Source: Clostridium sp. (lineage in GTDB: Bacteria; Bacillota; Clostridia; Clostridiales; Clostridiaceae). From it: a stretch of DNA of 64,000 nucleotides. This document shows, one piece after another, positions 59,700 to 64,000 of the stretch. The notes beneath the pieces were generated by a model that saw only the letters and a list, made by a program, of their open reading frames with translations, had not been told where the DNA came from and did not search any database. The DNA lies in assembly GCF_031292145.1 (NCBI RefSeq), contig NZ_JARLHR010000120.1. One strand, 5' to 3'. The position numbers and the translations under genes are program-made. The stretch's first letter is position 1. Each line of letters begins with the position of its first letter.

Positions 59700-61112
59700 T
59701 TATTCTAGAATTCCTTTTTCCCACTTACCATTTTGTAAATCTGAAGCAATCTCTCTATATTTATCATCTGGCAAGTTATGCATTAAACCTACTACAATAG
59801 CAGCTATGACTAATGCAATCGCTGGATATAATGTCATTGCACCTTTAATTCCTAATAAAGTTGTAGCACTTTGCTGAGCATTCGCAATATATCCAGTCAT
59901 ACCTAATACTCCTGCACTAACAAGAGCAGCTATAGATTGAGCAATTTTTCTTGAGAAGTTAAATGCAGCATAAGTTATCCCTTCTTTTCTTATTCCAGTA
60001 TGCCAATGACCATAGTCTATAGCATCTGATACGAATGCCCAAGTAACTCCATTTGGAATTGCTAAAGCTACATATCCAACTGTGACAAGAACTGTGAAAG
60101 TAGTAGGATTTGTTGGTATTATAAAATTTAACCCGTTAGCAATAATTCCAATTAACAATCCCACCATTGCAGTTTTCTTCTTACCAAATTTCTTTACTAA
60201 AAACGGAATTGCAAATATACCGATTACAGAACATCCAATCATTATACCATTTACTTTGGGTTGAAGATGAATATCTCCTAAGTTATATTGACAGAAGAAA
60301 ATCATCATTTGGTTATTTGTATTCATCGCTGATATTGTAAATAATTGCATAAGAATTAAGCATAATAACGGTCTATTTGTAAATACAACTCTCAAATAAT
60401 CTTTAGCAGTAGCTTTTTCCGACTTACCTTCTCTGTTAATTACTACATGCTCTTTAGTATTTTTAAAACAAATAAAGAATGAAATCACTCCTATAAGTGC
60501 CATAATTGCAGCTGCAACTGGATAACCAATTCTAGGATTTGTAAACATAATTAGAATAGGTACAAAAGCTACACCTGTTATTAATTGCGCTCCCAATGAG
60601 CCTGCTTGTCTAAATGTAGCCAGTTGACTTCTTTCTTCTACATCTCTTGTCATAACAGATGCCAATGATCCATAAGGAACATTAGTAAATGAGTAAATGA
60701 GGCCCCAAGCCATATATGCCACATAACCATATATAATCTTAGTTGAAGGTGATACATCTGGCATCATAAATGTGACTACTGTAAGTATAGCAAGAATTAT
60801 ACTTGAAATCATCATTACCGGTCTAAACTTACCAGATTTACTTGCTTTTCTACGGTCTATTGTTGAACCCGCTATTGGATCCATAAATGCATCAAATATT
60901 TTAGTAATTGAAAAAATACCTGCAACTGCAACTGCGCTTATACCGCATGCGTCAATGAAAAACTTTGTAAGGTATGATTGTCCTAAATCAAACATAAAAC
61001 CATTACCAAAATCTCCAAAACCATATGATATTTTTTCTTTTAAACTTAACTTAACATCTCCAGTTTTTGTCACTTTGTTACTAATTTCATTATTATTTTC
61101 TAAATGTGCCAT
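59700..61112 (-). CDS. glycoside-pentoside-hexuronide (GPH):cation symporter (MFS)
   Basis: About 12 TM segments and the MelB/GPH-type N-terminal YGFGDFGNG. Start moved to MAHLEN after GGAGGAAG. Confidence 0.75.
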   Translation of the reverse strand: MAHLENNNEISNKVTKTGDVKLSLKEKISYGFGDFGNGFMFDLGQSYLTKFFIDACGISAVAVAGIFSITKIFDAFMDPIAGSTIDRRKASKSGKFRPVMMISSIILAILTVVTFMMPDVSPSTKIIYGYVAYMAWGLIYSFTNVPYGSLASVMTRDVEERSQLATFRQAGSLGAQLITGVAFVPILIMFTNPRIGYPVAAAIMALIGVISFFICFKNTKEHVVINREGKSEKATAKDYLRVVFTNRPLLCLILMQLFTISAMNTNNQMMIFFCQYNLGDIHLQPKVNGIMIGCSVIGIFAIPFLVKKFGKKKTAMVGLLIGIIANGLNFIIPTNPTTFTVLVTVGYVALAIPNGVTWAFVSDAIDYGHWHTGIRKEGITYAAFNFSRKIAQSIAALVSAGVLGMTGYIANAQQSATTLLGIKGAMTLYPAIALVIAAIVVGLMHNLPDDKYREIASDLQNGKWEKGILE

Positions 61113-61337
61113 ATTCTCTTCCTCCACTTGTTATTTATTTTCATCTTTAGAATTCTAGTGTTTATAAATTACTTTTTATTTTTTTGATCGTGTATAATAT
61201 CAGTGAATCTAAATATTGTTTAACATTGTCATAAAATTTGAATTTTTACTTAGTTATCGTTTTCACGAAGTATGATATATAGTATGACTCCTTAATTTTA
61301 TTCTATACAAATTATAGGAATCCCCTAAAGACTTTTT

Positions 61338-61403
61338 ATTCTTTTATAACTATGATGGTTATTCTTTTTATAACTATGATGGTTATTCTTTTTATAACAA
61401 TAA
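61338..61403. repeat. about 2.8 tandem copies of a 23-24-bp unit ATTCTTTT(T)ATAACTATGATGGTT
   Basis: Read directly. The last unit runs into operator-like site O1. Confidence 0.85.
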
Positions 61404-61417
61404 TGTTCACGTTAACA
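61404..61417. promoter_or_regulatory. LacI-family operator-like palindrome O1
   Basis: TGTTCACGTTAACA, a 14-bp near-palindrome centred on CG. Confidence 0.5.
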
Positions 61418-61494
61418 ATTCGTTGCAACTCTTAATTAACATTCATTACTTATATTTATTATAATTCTAAATATCGAATTACGCAACACTTTTT

Positions 61495-61508
61495 CGTTAA
61501 CGTTAACA
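61495..61508. promoter_or_regulatory. LacI-family operator-like palindrome O2
   Basis: CGTTAACGTTAACA contains the perfect palindrome GTTAACGTTAAC. Confidence 0.5.
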
Positions 61509-61682
61509 AAAAAATAATGGTAATAGTTCCAAGACTAATTAATAACCTATCTCTAGTTTTTATAGCGCTGGATCCCCCCTACCATACAGTGATAATAGGG
61601 GGGCTAAATACTATCATTATCTTTTTCCCCTTACTCCGAAACGAAGTTAATTCTACCAATATCTAAATTCATAGGTATTTAT

Positions 61683-62684
61683 TTATATTTGATTTAAATT
61701 TTTAATTGAATTGCCCATTGACAGTTCTGACTCTATATATATTTTTTTATCAATTATATCTTTATTATTTATTAATTTAAATAACAACTCAATCCCCAAT
61801 TTTGATATTTCGCCAATAGGTCTTATAATAGTAGTTATACTGGGATTTATAAATTTTCCAATCTCATTTCCATCAAACCCCAAAATAGAAATATCATCTG
61901 GTACTTTTAATCCATGTTCTACAATAGCTTTAATGGCACCCGTTGCCATTTCATCATTGAAAGCAAAAATAGCCGAAAAGCTGTCTTTTCCCTCCATAAT
62001 TTCTTTAGCTTTTAGATAACCACTTTTTACGCTAAAATCCCCATTTAATATTAAATTCTTATTTAATTTAATATTATAATTTTTGAAAGCTTCTAAATAT
62101 CCTTCTCTCCTCATTTTAGTTGAGTCGAAATTTTTAGCTCCTTCAATTATCGCAATGTTCTTGTGGCCGTTTTTTATTAATTGTTCTACACCCTTATAAG
62201 TTCCAATTTTTTCATCTGTATATACGTTTATAACTTCATGACTTACTTTTCTATTTATAACTACAATAGGTATTTTCTTTTCTAAAATTTCTTTTATAAA
62301 GCCATCATCATCCTTTTTCTGACTTAGAACTAGTATTCCATCATAATTTTTGGGACTTATTGTACTTTCCCTATGCATATCTATTCCTTTAACGATAGCA
62401 TTATACTTTTTGTCCATATTTCTATACACATTATTTATAACAGTCTGAAATACAAAAGGTGAAGTTCCATTATCTATAGTTGAAAAAAATACTCCTATGT
62501 TATAAGCTTTATCTATTCTCAAACTTCTAGCATTCATATTAGGAATATAATTTAATTCCTTAGCTACCTTAAGTATTTCTTGCTTAGTTTTTTCATTAAC
62601 ATATTTATAACCTGTTAATGCTCTAGAAACAGTTGAATGAGATATATTAAGAATTCTTGCAATGTCCTTAATAGTAACAGTCAT
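61683..62684 (-). CDS. LacI-family transcriptional regulator
   Basis: N-terminal HTH TIKDIARILNISHSTVSRAL plus a periplasmic-binding-protein-like core. Start moved to MTVTIKD after GGAGGA. Confidence 0.85.
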   Translation of the reverse strand: MTVTIKDIARILNISHSTVSRALTGYKYVNEKTKQEILKVAKELNYIPNMNARSLRIDKAYNIGVFFSTIDNGTSPFVFQTVINNVYRNMDKKYNAIVKGIDMHRESTISPKNYDGILVLSQKKDDDGFIKEILEKKIPIVVINRKVSHEVINVYTDEKIGTYKGVEQLIKNGHKNIAIIEGAKNFDSTKMRREGYLEAFKNYNIKLNKNLILNGDFSVKSGYLKAKEIMEGKDSFSAIFAFNDEMATGAIKAIVEHGLKVPDDISILGFDGNEIGKFINPSITTIIRPIGEISKLGIELLFKLINNKDIIDKKIYIESELSMGNSIKNLNQI

Positions 62685-62914
62685 TTTTTCCTCCATAAGT
62701 GCATTTTAGCATTTGTTTTTTAATGATTATTATAATGGTATTTTCTTTTTTGTTATGAATTATTTTAATTATAACCCATACTTAATTTTCTTAAAACAAA
62801 AATAACTAGGATTCCTTCTGGAAATTATCCCACAAAATATTAAAAAAGGGTATCATAACTACTAAAAATAGTTTGCCTCCCCCTTTCCCTTTATATAATT
62901 AGGTATTATAGTTA

Positions 62915-64000
62915 TTATTTATCACCTACACCTGGTAATATCACTTTAAAGTTATGCTCCACACTAGAATTAATAAACTTAACCTTGTTTTTTCCTTTAA
63001 ATGAATCTTTAATAATTGTAAATCCTCTTCCACTGTTTAAAAATCTCTTTTTTTCATCCAATGTAATTAATTTCTCATAAAGCCAAATATTCCTTTTATT
63101 ATAATTAACTATTTCCCCTTTAGTATTTTTATTTATAAATTCACCAGGACTCGAAATTACAATCTTATTTTCATCCATGATTACTTCAATTATCTTATTT
63201 AAATCAAAATATTCTCTATATAATACTGCATTTTTAACTGCTTCAATCACTGCTTGTATAGGATAATCCTTAGGTAAAATTTCTGTTATCTTCTCTTCTG
63301 CTTCATCAATCATAGACAAAAGATCACCTTGGATTATGTGTATTTCTTCATTAATATGATTTAATTTATTAATAATCTTTATCATATTGTTTGGAATGTA
63401 TAGATAATTTTTATCTGAAAATACAAGCAATCCACCATAAGTGCAGTTAAGTGGTGATTCTTCTTTATGCTCAAAAGCTATTCCTGCACTTAATAGCAAA
63501 AACTTTCTATTTTCTTCATTAACCTCTATGCCTTTTTTATTAAAATACTTATTAACTAATTCCATATTTAATATATCAATACTACTTCTAATAAGCGGGC
63601 AGGTTTCAATTGTTAGACTTAAATTTTCTTCAAATAAAGCTATAAGTTCTTGCTTTCTCATTATATCTGTTGTCGATCCTCTTCTAATATAAAAAGCACC
63701 ATTTTCCCTAACTTGATAAGGCTTTTGACCGCCATCATAAATGGATATAACACCTATTTTTTTATTTTGAATACCGATAAAATCTACTTTTATTGGTATT
63801 GGTGGTTCACATCTTGTTGCTACTATTTGCTGTATTTGTTCTTCTTGGAATATATCATTTTCTTCTATTCCTATAATTTCTTTAGTTTTATCTTCAATGC
63901 CAACAATTATATATCCTCTCCCACCGTTTGAATTAGCTATTGCACATATATCCTTAGTTAATTCTTTTTTTCCGGTTTCATAGTAGAGTTCTAATTTTAA
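62915..64000 (-). CDS. AlbA_2 (Schlafen-like divergent AAA) + HATPase_c_4 putative DNA-binding protein; N-terminus runs off the window
   Basis: The frame stays open from 64000 to the stop at 62915. The upstream part reads ...ICAIANSNGGRGYIIVGIEDKTKEIIGI..., typical of AlbA_2. The track M at 63661 is internal. Confidence 0.6.
   Translation of the reverse strand, partial: LKLELYYETGKKELTKDICAIANSNGGRGYIIVGIEDKTKEIIGIEENDIFQEEQIQQIVATRCEPPIPIKVDFIGIQNKKIGVISIYDGGQKPYQVRENGAFYIRRGSTTDIMRKQELIALFEENLSLTIETCPLIRSSIDILNMELVNKYFNKKGIEVNEENRKFLLLSAGIAFEHKEESPLNCTYGGLLVFSDKNYLYIPNNMIKIINKLNHINEEIHIIQGDLLSMIDEAEEKITEILPKDYPIQAVIEAVKNAVLYREYFDLNKIIEVIMDENKIVISSPGEFINKNTKGEIVNYNKRNIWLYEKLITLDEKKRFLNSGRGFTIIKDSFKGKNKVKFINSSVEHNFKVILPGVGDK

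Overview
Very AT-rich, Clostridium-like (Firmicutes) chromosomal window, mostly transcribed on the minus strand. Recognisable content: a CE4 deacetylase and GH43/CBM6 hemicellulase pair; a nine-gene aromatic amino-acid operon (aroB-aroA-aroC-pheA-aroE-aroK-aroQ-DAHP synthase-tyrA); leuS behind a T-box leader; tyrS, cls and buk; two OmpR-type two-component systems; chemotaxis-type signalling proteins; a FliK/FlhB-like pair; a MoxR-AAA/VWA pair; a small alarmone synthetase; and a LacI-regulated GPH sugar symporter. The most interesting region is a roughly 10 kb accessory island (15.9-26.0 kb). There a complete agr-type quorum-sensing cassette (agrB, agrD, AgrC-like kinase, LytTR regulator) sits directly upstream of a radical-SAM/SPASM RiPP operon. 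That operon carries an RRE-containing maturase, a LanFEG-like ABC transporter, a CPBP/CAAX protease, an unknown membrane protein and three tandem 148-bp repeats, each encoding the same 33-aa two-cysteine peptide. The layout resembles the Bacillus skf sactipeptide locus, but I do not recognise the peptide. A second candidate is a 44-aa ORF with 15 Phe/Tyr/Trp residues. It lies behind a consensus sigma-A promoter and is followed by an intrinsic terminator just upstream of aroB, which looks like a ribosome-mediated attenuator for the aro operon. The window is also dense in long hairpin repeats. One MITE-like family (GGCAC...GTGCC ends) has 3-bp flanking direct repeats and at least 11 copies, including copies inside the aro operon and inside Stem I of the leuS T-box. 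I saw no rRNA, tRNA, CRISPR array, transposase or phage genes.
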